A stretch of DNA of 53,114 nucleotides, filler included, from Bipalium vagum (Eukaryota): NCBI GenBank assembly GCA_037834085.1. It is 3 parts of 3 records of this genome, joined end to end, with 100 filler letters (N's around TTAATTAATTAA, not from the genome) between each part and the next. Parts side by side here need not be neighbours in the genome. Positions count along the whole stretch, not along the records: positions 36,875 to 53,114 come from JBBMKC010120717.1; 2 more parts are not named here. One strand, 5' to 3'. Position numbers and translations under genes: made by a program. The notes under the pieces are model-generated. The model was not told where the DNA came from. It ran no database searches and saw only the letters and a program-made list of their open reading frames with translations. Shown here in pieces: positions 51,014-53,114 of this stretch; position 1 is the stretch's first letter; each line of letters opens with the position of its first letter.

Positions 51014-51660
51014 TATCTCGGCGTGGAGATATAGTTGATGGCTACTAGGGAAAAATAGCCGTCTCTAAACGTAGGGATTAGTGATCGTAGACCAATCTCT
51101 ACGACTATAAAAGGAAACAGCTATTCCCATAAAGGCCATAAAAATTTAAGAAGACATTTTGAAGAAACTACGTTCAAAAACATTATAGTCAGAAACTATT
51201 CCAGTAAATTTTTCTTTTGTTTTCACGCTATAATTATGCAGAAGGATTTAACAAGGGGACCCAGCGGACTTGGGAACCTCTAGACGACCTGAGAAGGGCC
51301 TAAAGGGTGACCCGGGGATCCCCCTTTCGCTCTTGATTAAGATCGTTTTATTTATTTATTTTTGTATTATTTTCTCAAAACTCTCTTTCGTGATCATTCC
51401 TTTCATCTCTTTCATTATAATAGTAGTTTTATTTGTTTTTATCACTTTTTATTTTTATTTTCGGTGACATTTTTCAGTTATTGGACTTATTAGGGTAATT
51501 TATCGGAGGACTTTTCGTAGTGATCAATATATTTAATAAGGATTATGTTTTGTTAATAAAATTTTATTGTGAACGTTTTGATTCAGTTTACAGTGTGCGG
51601 ATACAGTATTATTGAGGGGTGTTTTGATTCAGATAAGATTTGAGAGGAACGAACACAACA
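51014..51660 (+). mobile_element. Dispersed repeat copy 2, probable solo LTR
   Basis: Homologous to 31989-32499. TATAAAAG at about 51106, AATAAA at about 51555, ends ..GAACACAACA. No TSD or PBS seen. Confidence 0.6.
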
Positions 51661-52102
51661 TTTTCTAAAAAGTGAGAAGTTACGATTATACGATCACACG
51701 TTACTGCGTCAAAGTATAGTAGTAACAATTTGCTAATAAAATTTATAAAACAGGTAAGAATTGTTTTCAAAATATTTCAACCAATATAGAAGTTTAAATG
51801 ATCTTCAAGTGGCCAAAGAAAAACACACCTAAGGATGTTCTGTATTTTCTTGTAACCATCTTTATCTGGTTCTGTCTTATAGTGAAAATATTTGTACCAA
51901 TAATAATAATTTGAAAATTTATTAAAATTAGATTTTATTTTAAATTATCTTGATTATTTCAATTTATTAATTTTGATTTATTGTTTAAGATAATCTATTC
52001 AGTGTTAAAATTTTTTTATAATAGTCACAGTATTTTGATTTGATATTTGTCAATTTAAAATAATTTGGTGTCAATTTTTAAAAACACTTCACACTATATA
52101 TA

Positions 52103-52801
52103 CAGGTTTTACGAAAAAAGTGTTTACACTGTGTCTGTTCGAATTTTGGCACAGAAACTATTTATAAATAAATAACTATTTATTTTGATTTAGTAATTGT
52201 ACAAGATTTTATTGTAAGAAATTTACAAATAAATATTTTAAACAAAAGTGTTCTATCGATTAATATTTCGTTGGTTTCAGTTTTATGTTGTGATAGTAAA
52301 ATTCAATTATTGTGCTTTGAGCGTTCATCCATAAACCCTTTCTGATTATATTTATTTTCTTGATTTACCTAAAAGTAACTAAATTGATTTTCTTAATCAC
52401 ATTAAACTTATATATTTTTAAGAACTTAACACAAGTATTCTTTCTTCCTTTGTGGAACTTCTCCGTCTTCCAGAACGGTTCTTGTTGACATTATTAATAG
52501 TTTTATCTTTTTCAAATTTATCCTTTATTCAACTGATTGTCAGTCTTGCTGGAGGATCTATCTGAAATTCTTTTTTGAACAGAGTCTGTACTTTTTTATA
52601 TTTTCAAACTTTAAGTAATTTTTGATAATTAATTTTTGCTGCTCAAAGTTCAACCTTTAAGAATAAATTTATAGGTTTAAATAGCAGTTATTTCTTACCA
52701 GTTATTGGAGTATTTAAACAAACTATAAAACAAGTAATAAGGACTTATAATTACTTAACGAATTATATTTAAAGTATGTATTAATTTTTTGAGATACCCT
52801 G
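52103..52801 (-). mobile_element. Deleted Tc1/mariner-superfamily element (DUF4817-like HTH remnant)
   Basis: Weak TA-CAGG TIRs. Minus-strand remnant PPARLTIS*IKDKFEK...NRSGRRRSST. Confidence 0.65.
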
Positions 52802-53114
52802 TATTGAAATTTAATATTTTACTCCTGACTTTACGCACAAAAAAATAATTTTGATAAAAACCGTTTATGTTAAGTTTCTTACGTCAATCAACAATAAAAA
52901 TTCTAAAGCCTAATTTTAATAAAAATTTAAAGTTTCGAGAGTAAAATATGAATTTTTTAGAATATTAATTATCATGATATTTTAAATATTTAAAGAATTT
53001 TAATCTTGTGAACATCATAAATTTAATTTTTTAAATGGACGCATTTCAATAGTTTTGAACAAAATTTTTCCAAACATTTATTATCAAGAAACATGTTTCG
53101 AACTATTATCAGTT

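Noticed and set aside
715-51467. Numerous 60-100-aa F/I/L/K/N-rich ORFs in the ORF track
   Set aside because: They are compositional artefacts of AT-rich DNA, or antisense shadows of real exons and TEs.
1-53114. CRISPR arrays, rRNA/tRNA genes, prokaryotic operons or defence systems
   Set aside because: None seen. Spliceosomal introns and metazoan genes show the DNA is eukaryotic, and there is no repeat-spacer periodicity.

Overview
This is very AT-rich eukaryotic (animal) genomic DNA. It consists of three contigs joined by two artificial 100-nt linkers (N44-TTAATTAATTAA-N44). Four host genes can be rebuilt by hand with consistent splice phases. (1) A TBC1D10/EPI64-like Rab-GAP: minus strand, 7 exons, 530 aa. 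(2) OSBPL9/ORP9: plus strand, 14 exons, 703 aa, with eleven 39-57-nt introns and two TE-filled long introns. (3) An intronless PDCD7/U11-59K minor-spliceosome protein: minus strand, 329 aa. (4) A two-exon type I membrane ENPP-like protein (minus strand, 333 aa) that appears to have lost its catalytic residues and much of its catalytic domain. The rest is largely dead DNA transposons (Tc1, IS630-like, mariner, pogo/Tigger, hAT). Notable items are a transposase gene carrying host-type mini-introns, two copies of a hairpin-rich LTR-like repeat, and a decayed A-rich island encoding a zinc finger and a membrane glycoprotein of possible viral origin. The host species cannot be identified from this sequence alone. 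All family calls come from recalled motifs, not from database searches.
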